From the NCBI GenBank assembly GCA_964016885.1, contig OZ024744.1, positions 74,090,001 to 74,154,000 of the forward strand: DNA of 64,000 nt. The letters run 5' to 3'. This DNA comes from Eledone cirrhosa (lineage: Eukaryota). The notes below the pieces were generated by a model. That model was not told the DNA's origin. It ran no database searches and saw nothing but the letters and a program-made list of their open reading frames with translations. How positions within the stretch are numbered: position 1 is the first letter of the stretch; every line of letters begins with the position of its first letter. This document shows, in pieces, positions 1 to 12,600 of the stretch. Position numbers and translations under genes: made by a program.

Positions 1-2058
1 AAGACTTGGCTGTCAAATTCTTTCACATGTGTGTAGTAGTGGCGCCCACACACATTATTAGCTATTTGAAAAGATGATGGATTTCGCAACTGACTGCACC
101 AGGGTTCCTGTTCCTCAGGGAACCACACCATATGGTATACCTGTTGATATAGGTCCAGCCCCTGCTTTCATGGGTCCTGTTTCTGATCATAATGCACCTA
201 CAAAGGCATCGAATGATGATGAATCCTCAAATCTCAAGGGACGGGGTTCATCTGATGGAGAAGAAACAGGTCCTAACCAAACAACAAGCAAATCTCGCTT
301 GGCTAGCTGTAAAAAGCAAATAATAGTTAGCTCCTTGAACACCAGAACCCTCCTTCCAACAGGTAGACTCCAGGAGTTGGCAGAGAATGCCAAACTTCAG
401 AACATTGACATCCTTGCGGTCCAAGAACACCGCTTTTTCCACCCAAAGGATGATCTCAAGTATCACACCCTAGGATCCTACCAACTTGTCACCTCTTCAG
501 CCACCAAGAACCCTGTCAATGCCTCCGTTGGAGGAGTCGGCTGCCTTCTCTCATCTAAAGCCAGCAATAATCTTCTGGGGATTGAAACAATCTCTCCCAG
601 AATCTTGGTGCTTACACTAGAGGGCAATCCTAGAACCACTGCGATATGTGTATACAGTCATCATAACGCCTCTCCTGAGGATGAGGTAAGAGAATTCTAC
701 ACGACCCTTCGCACAGTTGTTGAGCAAGTACCCCTACACAACTTTCTTATCATCGCTGGAGACCTCAACGCTCAACTTGGCCCGGATGAAGTAAAGTTCA
801 CATACAATAGGGTTACTAACCGAAACGGGGAATATCTCAAGGACTTCATGGAAGAATTCAGTCTATTCAGCTCAAACAACAGCTTTATGAAGACCAGAGG
901 CCAGCTTTGGACCTTCGAATACCCAAACCAAAAACGAACTCAGATTGACTATTTGATATTTCGCAAGAAATGGAGAAACTCAATCATAGATTCTAGATCT
1001 TATTCCTCCTTTAGCTCTGTTGGCTCAGATCATCGAGTCATCTCGGCAACAATCAAACTTAGTCTCAGGATATCCAAGAGGGCCGAACCTCATCCTATGA
1101 AAATAATAGACTGGAAAGCCGTCTCTTCCAACAAACAACTATCCAATAGCTTCACGCTTCAAGTCTATAACAGATTTCAATCTCTCTCAACTTCTGACAT
1201 CAATGACGATAATATTGAGGATGTGTATGACTGTCTTAAGCAATCAACAGAGGAAGTTGCACTTGCCACCCTACCTAAAAAGAAAAGCCGAAGCCAAATG
1301 AAATCTAGTGCCTCAGAGTGGGTAGTTGAGGCAAGGGCCCATCTTAGGTCAATATCCCAATCTCACCATCAATCACCATCTCAAGGGAAAAAGATACAGC
1401 TTATCATGGCCAAAAAATCACTAGACGACGCTTATCTTAATGCTGAAACCGACTATATCTCAGGTAGGATTGATCAGCTATCGCAACATCACAATAGCAA
1501 ACACCATCATCTTGCTTGGAAGGTTGTCAAAGATCTTTCAGGCAAAAACTCAAACTCTGCAGTTAGAATCAAAGGAGGCTCTGCCAAAAAACGTCTTGAA
1601 AATTGGTCGGCTCATTTTAAAAACCTTCTAGGGAAAAAGGCCAGACTCCCTGATAACTATCAACTGCCATCCGTTCAGGTTTCAGAGCCTTTAGCAATCA
1701 ACACCTCTCCTTTCACCATGTCTGAGCTCAAAGAAGCCATCAAACAGCTCAAAGCCTCAAAAGCCTTTGGGCCGGATAATATACCTACCCTGATTTGGAA
1801 GGATGAGCATTTCCACATCCTTTTGCTCAACTTATGTAACCATACTTTCGAGACCAATAAACCACCTAGCGTCTGGCATGCAGCTCAAATTATCCCCATG
1901 CCCCAAAAAAGGAGATCTTTCTTTAGCCACCAACTATAGAGGAATTTCTCTCATGGCAATTGCTGCAAAAATATACAAGCTTCTTCTTAACCGCTTAATC
2001 CCATTTCTTGAGCCAATCCTTCGTAACAACCAGGAGAGGTAGGATTTAGGAGAGGTAG
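1..2058 (+). mobile_element. RTE-clade non-LTR retrotransposon, 5' part: APE endonuclease ORF (74..1939) frameshifting into the start of the RT, truncated at (TA)n
   Basis: APE motifs SLNTRTL, DILAVQEH, IAGDLNA, TQIDY, SDHR. Linker KAFGPDNIP. The shifted frame continues PKKGDLSLATNYRGISLMAIAAKIY...NQ.GFRRGR and then runs into (TA)n. Confidence 0.9.
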
Positions 2059-2164
2059 ATATATATATATATACACAGACACATATATATATATATACAT
2101 ATATATGTATATATAAATATATATACATTTTAAAACAATAGTGGTGTGACACACGAGTTGCGAT

Positions 2165-2388
2165 ATATTAGTAAAAAGGAAAAGAAAATGCTGACAAATT
2201 TTTCCCAGTGAAAAATAGTTTAATTAGGGATAAGTATAAATTAGTAATAAGTATTAGTTAGTATTCAGTTTTAGTTTTAAGTTTTTACCGGTTGCGCATT
2301 TCATACGCTTTTCAAAAATAATTTTGAGATAGAGTGCTCGTGATTTTTGCTCTAATCCAGATTAGAAGCAAAAATCACGAGCACTCTA
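2165..2388 (+). repeat. Copy of the segment at 9669-9856 (probable Helitron 5' end) ending in a fold-back hairpin
   Basis: TAGTAAAAGGAAAAGAAAATGCTGACAAATT... is shared with 9669. 2330-2388 is a 28-bp inverted repeat with a 2-nt loop and one bulge. Confidence 0.7.
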
Positions 2389-3172
2389 AATAGCGATATA
2401 TATATATGAATGTATATATAGTGTATTTGGTAATACACTGTATGCTTAATTAAAAGCATTTTGAAGACCATACGCTATTGTTTTAAAGTAGTGACTATGT
2501 CACTTACTTCTTATTTTCACACTATATATACCTTCATATATTTATCGCTATTTCAGAGCAACAATTCTAATTTTCAATTTTTGCTGGACCGGCAACCGCT
2601 CTGTATGATCAATTCCTGATTATTACTGGAATTCTATAAGAATCCAACATTCATAATTTTCATCAAACAAAGGGAGTGCTAAGATCTGAGGAATACCAAC
2701 AGTTTGAAACAGAGATCTGTCAGCTTATCTCCCTTTGTTTGTTGAAAAAAAAAATGTCATTGTCACTACTTTAAAAACAATAGCGTAAGGTCTTCAAAAT
2801 GCTTTTAATTAAGCATACAATGTATTACCAAATACACTATATATACATTCATATATGTATCCGTATTTCAGAGCAACAATTCTAATTTTCAATTTTTGCT
2901 GGACCGGCAACCGCTCTGTATAATCAGTTCCTGATTATTACTGGAATTCTATAAGAATCCAACATCTATAATTTTCAAGAAACAAGGGGAGTGCTCTGAT
3001 GACGAATACCTACAGTATGAAGAAATCTGTCAGTTTATCTCCCTTTGTTTGTTGAAAAAAGAAGTAAGTGACATAGTCACTACTTTAAAACAATAGCGTA
3101 AGGTCTTCAAAATACTTTTAATTAAGCATACAGTGTATTACCAAATACATTCATATATACATCGCTATTCCA
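2388..3172 (+). repeat. ~315-bp tandem repeat carrying a hammerhead motif (retrozyme/PLE-pLTR-like), preceded by an inverted partial unit (2388-2510)
   Basis: TTTCAGAGCAACAATTC recurs at 2551 and 2866. Each unit has CTGANGA..GAA..TCTGTC. The same family lies on the minus strand at 5221-5670. Confidence 0.8.
2681..2726 (+). ncRNA. Type I hammerhead ribozyme motif (partly degenerate)
   Basis: aagat CTGAGGA ataccaacagttt GAAAC agagatct GTC agctt. Stem III is intact, stems I and II are imperfect. Confidence 0.6.
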
Positions 3173-3412
3173 GTAAATATGTGTATATATATATATATAC
3201 ACATATATACGCACATACACACACACACATGCTTCTTCAAACACACGTATACACACAAATATACATACACACATATACATACACGTATATACACACACGC
3301 ATAGATACATAGACCTACATTCACACACCCCATGCATATCTACGCGCACATACCTACACATTTGCATAATATATACATACAATTACATACACACATACAC
3401 ACACACACATAT

Positions 3413-3500
<88 letters not shown>

Positions 3501-4061
3501 GTATCCACACAGACGTGCATGTATACACATCCATATATGTGTGTATATACAAACATTTATACACCCATATATACACAGATATACCCCTACATACATATGA
3601 GTATATGCACATAGACACACACACACATATACGCATATATACATCGAGTAGGGTGAGATAAGTTATTAAAGTGAAATAAACCATATAAAAATACACATGA
3701 AAAACCCATAAAATAATACGTACAATAGAATAAATTACAACAAGGTAAAGTTAAGTGCATTAATGAAAAGATAAGATTGAATACATCAGTGAAAATTAAG
3801 ATGCCGTATCTGCGATGATATGATGACAGTTTTTAAATAAAATGCAATACAATATATGTAACGCAGGATATGCTGACACGTTCTAAATAAAATACAGTAT
3901 AATCAATGGTACGATGTCACATTCCATATACTTGTGTCGGTTCCCTCGTTCATGTCCCTACCTCCATTGGGCTCAAGTTAAACCTATCCGGGAATTCCAA
4001 TGCAGAGAAAGTGCATTTTCGTTGATGTCAATATGCCATGATGACCTCGGATTTCTTGAAG

Positions 4062-4158
4062 AATAATTGTTTCTACTTTTGGCACAAGGCCAGCAATTAA
4101 CCAGTGCATTACTTGTACTTTATTTTATCGACCCTGCAAAGATGAAAGGCAAAGTTAA
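4062..4158 (-). mobile_element. tRNA-derived SINE, 3' fragment
   Basis: Reverse complement of the shared core TTTGCCTTTCATC..GGGTCGATAAAATAAAGTAC..GCTGGCCTTGTGCCAAAAGTAGAAACAATTATT. Confidence 0.85.
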
Positions 4159-4351
4159 GGATAATGTAAATAATTTTGTTGTACGAAAATCATAGAGGTT
4201 ATTAACATCGTACCAGAAATTTATTTAACTCTGAAGCTGAGGATCATTCGGTTTTCCTAAATAGAATATTAGTCTACGACTCCATTTATACCACAAACGT
4301 GGTTTTGTCTTTGCGTGGATTTTAATCTTCACAGTTATTATTATTACTATA

Positions 4352-4487
4352 TGATCTGAGTTCAAATCTGATTTCAAATCCCGCCGAGGTTTACTTTGCC
4401 TTTCATCCTTACGGGGTCGATAAAATAAAGTACCAGTAATACACTGGGATAATTGCTGGCCTTGTGCCTAAAGTAGAAACAATTATT
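4352..4487 (+). mobile_element. tRNA-derived SINE, 5'-truncated
   Basis: B-box GAGTTCAAATC plus the shared core and tail. Confidence 0.85.
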
Positions 4488-4520
4488 ACTATATATATAT
4501 ATATATACACATATATATAT

Positions 4521-4605
<85 letters not shown>

Positions 4606-4607
<2 letters not shown>

Positions 4608-4750
4608 AACGAGTAGGACCCCGACAGCTGAGCTCAAGCCGTTTCGACTGCTAATTCTGAGTCAGAATTACTATTACCCATTCTACCACCCTAAGTATTG
4701 AGTACTTTGGTGCGTTATGGTCCACCTGGTTCCTTACCACATTTCCTTCG

Positions 4751-4752
<2 letters not shown>
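4606..4752. repeat. Short (TA)n-flanked element with an inverted hammerhead 3' half (family also at 28581-28758 and 30136-30308)
   Basis: Shared tail ATTACCCA.TCTAC.ACCCTAAGTATTGAGTACT.TGGT. The minus strand reads hairpin-GAAAC GGC ttgagctca GCT GTC gggg. Confidence 0.7.
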
Positions 4753-4809
<57 letters not shown>

Positions 4810-4852
4810 AATGTATGTATAGTATATTTCCCAATATACTATACATACATTC

Positions 4853-5059
<207 letters not shown>

Positions 5060-5145
5060 TACGTTATTCCGGGTTGAATCGGAGCTAACCACAGTAAGTA
5101 AGGTACTCAATACATAGCAGAGTATAAAAGTTTTAATATATATGA

Positions 5146-5194
5146 GATTCTACACGACTAGAACTGTTTCATTCTTTAGAAATCATCAGGAATC
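5146..5194 (-). ncRNA. Type I hammerhead ribozyme in a ~140-bp (TA)n-flanked element (5057-5194)
   Basis: Minus strand: gattc CTGATGA t-ttc-taaa-gaa-t GAAAC ag-ttctagtc-gt GTA gaatc. Same family as 14338 and 29758. Confidence 0.75.
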
Positions 5195-5220
5195 ATATAT
5201 ATATATATATATATATATAT

Positions 5221-5670
5221 GGAAATTAGAATTGGTGCTCTGAAATAACGATACATATATGAATGTATATATAGTGTATTTTGCAATACACTATATGCTT
5301 AATTAAATGCATTTCGGAGAGCTTACGCTATTGTTTTAGCGTAGTGACTGTCTCACTTACTTTAAATGTTCAGCAAACAAGGGGAGATAAAGCTGACAGA
5401 GCTCTGTTTCGTACTTTTGGGTACTTATCAAAACTAAGTACTCCACCTGTTTGCTGAAAATCATGAATGTTTGATTCTTATCATGAATGTTTGAATTCTA
5501 GTAATAATCAGGAATTGAATTTACAGAGCGGTTGCCGGTCAAGCAGAAATTGAAAATTAGAATTGGTGTCCTGAAATAGCGATTTATATATGAATGTATT
5601 TATAGTGTATTTTGCAATACACTGTATGCTTAATTAAAAGCATCTCGAAGACCTTACGCTATTGTTTTAG
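5221..5670 (-). repeat. ~1.4 units of the ~315-330 bp HHR-bearing tandem family
   Basis: AAATTAGAATTGGTG recurs at 5223 and 5554. Reverse complement of the 2520-3170 units. Confidence 0.8.
5391..5435 (-). ncRNA. Type I hammerhead ribozyme, U3-A8 core variant
   Basis: Minus strand: agtt TTGATAA gtac-ccaaaa-gtac GAAAC agagctct GTC agct. All three stems pair and stem III is palindromic. Confidence 0.75.
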
Positions 5671-6000
5671 AGTCATTCCAACCGCTGCTCGGTAATCAAG
5701 CAGTGCTACACAGCAATTGCACTACTCCAGACCTTTGTAGACCTACCAACTTTGTGCTAGCCAGTGGAAGATACTGATGCAGTATGGGCAAGGATTTCTG
5801 CCTCACTAGCACCACTAAACAAAACGTACCAATTACCCCACCGCTCTTACTGTTACCCTCTCCCCAACCATTCCCCGGTTACGACGGCACTCATGGTTTA
5901 GCAATTACATAGTAAACGGTTCGGAATCACATGCATCACTGACGAGTTTACTCCTTACTCTACCTGTTAGTCTTAGTGTACTTCGTCCTGCTTTTAGGTC

Positions 6001-9000
6001 ATGCCTCGAAAGAAGAGATACTCCATCGGCCGAAATACTGCGAAAGCGGCATGAAAAAGAAACGAATCGTCGGTGGAATCTGCTATTCGACGGTCGCAAA
6101 TTGCTGAAGAGCACTTGAAACAGACAACCAACGAACCATTCGTCGAACCGCTGATGCCTCATCAACATCTGCTGCACGAGCTGCTGAGACGGAAGACCAG
6201 GGTAGTAGACGTCGGAGTGATGATGCTGCGAACACTGCTGCTGCGTGAGCTACACAGATCTCGCAAGAACGAGATAATCAACTAGAAAGTAATGTTCAAC
6301 GAAGAGCCTTTAGGCAGGGCATTTCAAAGCCATGCAGCTCACAATGGGTCTTCAAAGCCTTCGAGTACAACTCCGACTTCGACTATGGCGGCCACTCAGA
6401 CATGATACTTGGGAGTATGTCAATATCGTGCTCTTTTTGCAATGCTAAAAAATGGGAAGGCGAAACACCTGGTATGTGCTGCGCAAACGGGAAGGTCAAA
6501 CTGCACCCACCGGAGGATCCACCATAGCTGTTGAACTTCCTTCTTGTAGGAACAACTGCCGAATCAAATCATTTCCTGAAAAATATCCGGAAGTACAATT
6601 GCGCCTTCCAGATGACATCTTTCGGGGCAAATATTATGAAAGATGGTGGATTTATGCCCACATTTAAAGTGAAAGGGCAGGTGTACGACAGAATTGGATC
6701 ACTCCAGCCAACCGCCAATCAAGTTCTTCAATTTCTTCAACTTTACTTCGTTGGGAATGTCAGCGAACAGGCAGCCATGCGGAACTCCATTTTACCTGGT
6801 ACCAACCTGGATCTTATAAGGAAACTACAAGACATATTGCACAAAATCAACAGCTATATCATCAGTTTCAAATATACCTTGGAATCAGCTCCTGCATCAG
6901 ACATTAATGTGGTCACTGACGCCTCAACCAGGCCTTCTGGGGAGCATTCGGCCCGCTACAATTCACCTGCTTGCAATGAAATCGCTTTCCTTCTCCATGG
7001 CGATCAGCACAACCCACGAGACATTGTTCTCAGGCGACGGGACAACACACTTCAGCGTATAAGTGAAACCCATAGATCTTATAACGCCCTTCAGTACCTG
7101 CTTCTGTTTGTGCATGGCGAGGACGGATACCGATTTGGTATTCCACAGCATAATCCAGAAAACCCTGGGCATTCCGCCAAGAAAACCGTTTCCTGCATGG
7201 ACTTCTACTCATACCGCTTCATGGTCCGCCAAAACTCCTTCAACCATCTGCACCAGTCAAGAGACCTCTTTCAGCAATTCGCCGTTGATATGTGTGCGAA
7301 AATGGAGTCGGACAGGTTGTGCTTCATACGGTCACACCAGAGGCAACTGCGTTGCGAGAGCTACATCCATCTCCGCGATGCACATCAACAATGATGCAGC
7401 CCCCACCAGCATAGGAAAACTCTGCATCATCCCGTCCCCTTTCACCGGAAGTCCGTCTTATATGCACGAGAGGACGCAAGATGCTGTGACTTACGTACGG
7501 CATTACGGTAGGCCTGACCTGTTCATTACTTTCACGTGCAATCTCAAGTAGAAAGACATTGAGGTAGAACTCTTCCAGGATCAACAGGACCGACATGACA
7601 TCCTGGCCCGAGTCTTCCGATTGAAACTAATCAACCTCATGGAACTCATCACGAGAGGGAAAGTCCTCCTCGCGAAAGTTAGACAACACGGAGACATCGC
7701 GTTAGCTGCAGCCTCATCTGGGATTGCTGCTACTTTGTTGCCAGGTGGTAGAACAGCACACTCCACATTTAAACTACCCTTGAATTTAGCGTCCTCTGAG
7801 ACGCATTCCTGCAAAATCAGTAAGGGTTCTGACCAGGGGCAAGTCCTCCGAGGGTGTATTCTTATCGTATGGGATGAGTGCACTATGGCTCATAGAGGAG
7901 GCCTCGTGGCATTAGATAGAGCCCTGATGGATATCAGAAACTGTCAGGCTCCAATGGGGAGTGCAACGCTTCTGCTGTCTGGCGACTTTAGGCAGGCTCT
8001 TCCTGTCATTCCCAAAGGCACAAGGGCAGAAGTACAAGCGTGCTTTACGTCCTCACTGTTATGGCGACATTTTACAACTCTCACTCTTTCCACTAATATG
8101 AGAGCTCGACTTCACGGTGACCAACTGTCTTCTCAGTTTCCTAAAGATGTTTTGGCACTTGGCGATGGTAGTATGCCTGTTAACGCGGCAGGAAATGGAG
8201 ATCTCGCCACTTTGTACCGCTGTTTCGTCAATCGAGGAGCTCAAAGACGAAGTATTACCAAATTTGCAAGAAAACTTCCGTAACCATAACTGGTTGTCCG
8301 ATAGGGCAATATTGACTCCAAAGAAACCCGCCGTTAACAAGCTAAACGACCAGCTAACGCTGCCTCTGCCAGGAAATCTTCTCATATGCAAGTCTATTGA
8401 TACAATGATAGATCATAATGAGGCGGTAAACTATCTCATCGAATTTCTGAACTCATTGGACCTTCCAGGCCTTCCTCTAGACATATTACGACTCAAGAAA
8501 GGAATTCCAATAATGCTGCTTCGGAATCTGGAGCTATGCAACGGCACACGACTGGTTGTAAATAAATTGCTGCCACATCTTATCGAGGATACTATTCTTT
8601 CAGGAAGTGGACAAGTGGACGACGTATTCATTCCACAAGTTTCTCTCACTCCATTAGGAGCCGCCATTCCATTTTACTTTCGGAGGCTTCAATTTTTAAT
8701 TCATGTCAGCTTTGTAATGTCTATCAACAAATCCTAGGGTTAGACCCAAGCTACTGCTGGTCTTCTTTTGGAAGAGTCATATTTTTCACACGGGCAACTA
8801 TACGTTGGCTGCTCAAGAATGGGAAGCAAGACAAATCTCTTTGCATATTCCCGACACGGAAGAACAAGGAACATTGTGTACAAGGAGGTGCTACAATCAT
8901 TTTTTAGGTAGACGAGGCAGAAGGGGATATACACGATTAGCTGAAGAAGGACGAGGCTGTGTTAGTAGTACGACCAACGGCTGCTATCACACCAACAGCA

Positions 9001-9482
9001 GCAAAAGCAACAACAAAAAAGAGGGGTAACGCAATTACATGATTTTGAAAAATCGTAATAGAAATGTATTTGCCTATTCACCCAAGGCGACTTCACTTTT
9101 TATTAGGACTTCTGCATCAATTGGTGAACATACGACGAAACATTGAAAGGAGTAAGACCACACCACTCTCCACCACTGCAGTCCCACATGCTTACTGCTC
9201 TGTAACTATTGCTTTCATTGTACCATAGCACAACAAATACATGTTCGGTTTGTCGAATGCCTTTTTACTTAAATCTTGGCTTTCGTGGGTGGAACATTTT
9301 ACTCTCAGGAACCCAATTAAGTTAAACCCCTGGTAATCTACGACGAATTTTTTTTATAAGAAAAAATGTAGACACCATCCCAGGCCGAGGTATTTCGTAC
9401 TTCTCTGTACTGTTTCAGAAAGGAGGGATAAACATGCCAATCTATGTTTAGAATCCCGAGCAACGCCGGGCCATTTTGCTAG
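6001..9482 (+). mobile_element. Decayed Helitron 1 (Rep + PIF1 helicase, internally deleted) with a canonical 3' end
   Basis: MPRK start; FLKNIRKYNCAFQMTSFGA; YGRPDLFITFTCN; ASSGIAATLLPGGRTAHS; WDEC; GDFRQ; LCNGTRL; HGQLYV. 3' hairpin CCCGAGCAACGCCGGG (9455-9470) followed by CTAG (9479-9482). Confidence 0.92.
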
Positions 9483-9664
9483 TAATATATAAAAAATAAA
9501 GAAATCAATATATAAATAATACGACATTCCTCTCTCTTTCTTACTCTGTCTTTTTAGATAGATACATAGCTATAACATCGCGCGCTTATAATATCTGTCT
9601 GTATGTCTGCCTGTCTACGTTGACTTCGCTTCTAACCAACTTTAATTAATTATATATATATATA

Positions 9665-12600
9665 TATATTAGTAAAAGGAAAAGAAAATGCTGACAAATT
9701 GTTCCCAGTGAAAAATAGTTTAATTAGGAATAAGTAAAAATTAGTAATAATTATTGGTTAGTATTCAGTTAGTTTTCAGTTTGGTTTTAAGTTTTTACCG
9801 GTTGCGCATTTCTAAAGTAAATTTGAGATAGAGCGCCCGTGATGTTTGCTCTAATCTCCTCTGCAACTCTCTTTAAAAGGTTATGCCTCCGTCTACTACT
9901 CTATCACTATTACAATTTAGAACAACGACAAAACTTCTTTTGAAGGAACGCGACACAAACTTTGAAACCTAAGCAACACAACAACCATAGCTTTACTCTC
10001 TCCGTCGCTCTTCCCTCTCTCTACAATAGATTATTCCCCCTCTCTATAATTTAACTGATTTACTCTCTTCATGCTTCGAGGTTTAACACTAGCTTCACTC
10101 AATCCGTCGCTCTTCTCTCTATATATAATAGATCATACCCCTATTCGTTCGGGAACGCGAAAAAAACTTTGATAACTAAGCAACACATCATTTTATACAA
10201 CAACAAACAGTCATAACGACACTCATACATCAAATATCAACATTTAAAAAGCCGATAACACTAAATACATACTGCTCTCTCAACGTTACATTTTACACAC
10301 TTACATTTTACATCAAATAACAAATATTCAAAAGCAACAGATGAATTTATAAAACAACAAACGTAACAATAGCGACGCTTAAGCATTAATTTACATGATT
10401 CTCAACAAAGACAACTGCAGAGACAGAAACAATGTATATGATCAAATGGAGCGTTCCGTATATTCCCCCTCTCTATAATTTAACTGCTTTACTCTCTCTG
10501 TCGCTCTTCACTCCCTATACGACAACACTGCAGTGGAGCGTTCCGTATTGACATACGGCTTATCTGGGGCATTTTCAATCGGCTTATTGCAAATAATAAC
10601 CCGCAAAATAACACTTCATATAACAGATTAATGCTATAGACATATGAATCGGAATGTAACCCGTGAGTTTTTTCCTCATCAAAATTATTCGAACAGATAT
10701 GACCTCATTGCCAGAGTGTTCAGACTGAAACTGGCTAAACTCATGGCTTTAATAAAAAAAGGTCAGGTATTTGGGGCTGTAAAATGTGACATATTCACCG
10801 TCGAATGGCAAAAACGAGGGCTGCCACATGCTCACATTTTGATTTGGTTAGCTGATAAGATCAATTCAAATGCCATAGACAGCTTCATTTCGGCTGAAAT
10901 CCCTAACCCAGCAACTGACCAGGAATTACATGACATCGTCAAAGGTAACATGATTCATGGTCCGTGTGCGTCGTGTCCCAATGAGCATCACACGTGTCTG
11001 AAAGGGGGGGGGGGGGGGGTCGTGCAGTAATGGATACCCCAAAAATGTTGACGAGACTCAGACTGGTGGCGACGGGTACCCCCTGTACAGGAGGAGACGG
11101 CCCGAGAACGGTGGTTTCACCACAACAGTAAAGGGAGGTCAAGTCGACAATAGATGGGTGGTCCCTTACTGCTCGCTTCATTTGAAGATGTTCAACGCCC
11201 ACATCAACGTTGAGTTTTGCAACTCCGTCAAATCGATAAAATACACATGCAAATATGTAAATAAGGGCTCTGATGCCGCAATGTTCGTATTTCAAGCTGA
11301 AAATAGCAGGGACGATGTCACAGAATACCTGGCGGGGCGGTACATCAGTAGCAATGAAGCTTTTTGGCGCCTATTTTGTTTACCCCTACACCAACGTCAC
11401 ACCGCCATCGTACAGCTTGCGGTACATTTGGAAAATGGGCAAAGGGTTTACTTTACGGACCAAACCGCCGCCAAGTTGGCCGCCGATCCGTAAGAGACCA
11501 CTCTGACGGGTTTCTTGAAACTTTGCCAGTTCGATATATTTGCGCAAACAATTGTGTACTCCCAGGTTCCATCCTATTTTATATATGGTCGAAAAACACT
11601 TGGGTGCGGAGAAAGTCAGGTCAGGCTGTTGAAAGACATCCTGGTGTAAAATTTGACAGCTGTCATGGAAGGGTTTACACTGTACCCCCAAGTCAGCATG
11701 AGTGCTTTCATCTCCGCCTTCTTCTGCATGAAGTTGTAGGCCCACAAAGTTTTCAGGACATCAAAACTGTTGATAGAGAAATGTGTGATACGTACCGGGA
11801 AGCCTGCTTTAAGCGTGGTCTTTTGGAAGATGATTCGCAATGGGATTCCACTTTAGCAGAGGGTGCTTTGTTGAAATCACCTAAAGGTATACGGGAACTC
11901 TTTGCTATTTTGCTTCAAAGTGTGAATTGGGTGATCCCAAATCTTTATGGGTCAAGTACAGAGACTTCATGTCTGAGGACTTCCTGCGCCTGGCTCATCT
12001 GCAGTATATTTCAGTGGAAGTTGGTTACGGTGACATTATCTACAACAGGGCACCCATTGATATCGAGGACGCCCTACTCGACATAGGTGGGAGTGAGTTG
12101 GCGACGTATGGCTTGCCGTCAACCGTCAGAGAGGAAGCTAACACGTTGGCCCCGGATTTGTTGCGGGAAACAGCATATGACATCGAATCTCTTTCCCAAT
12201 ACTTAGAGGAAAATGAGCCCAAACTTCTTTCGGACCAAAGGTTGGCGTATTTAACCATCATTGACGCGGTTCAATATCAGACTGGGGGTTTTTATTATCT
12301 CGATGCTGCTGGGGGTACCGGAAAAACGTTTGTAACGAAATTAATTCTCGCTCAGATTCTTCAGGAGAAAAAAATTGCGTTGGCCGTTGCATCGTCCGGG
12401 ATCGCCGCTACTTTGCTGCCGGGAGGCAAGACAGCACATTCAATCTTTAAACTCCCCTTGGATTTAGTAAAAACTGAGACACCAACATGCAATATCAGCA
12501 AGAGTTCACACGAAGCTCTGGTTCTCAAAAAATGTTGCTTCATTGTTTGAGATGAGTGCACAATAGCACATTGAGGCATTGGACAGGACCCTGAAAGACA

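Noticed and set aside
1-75. Hairpin ATGTGTGT/ACACACAT in the RTE leader as part of an HDV ribozyme
   Set aside because: P1, P3 and L3 are not visible (window edge) and J4/2 does not match well.
6102-6130. CTGAAGA gcactt GAAAC hammerhead-like core
   Set aside because: It lies inside Helitron coding remnant and has no stem III/NUH or stem I; a chance match.
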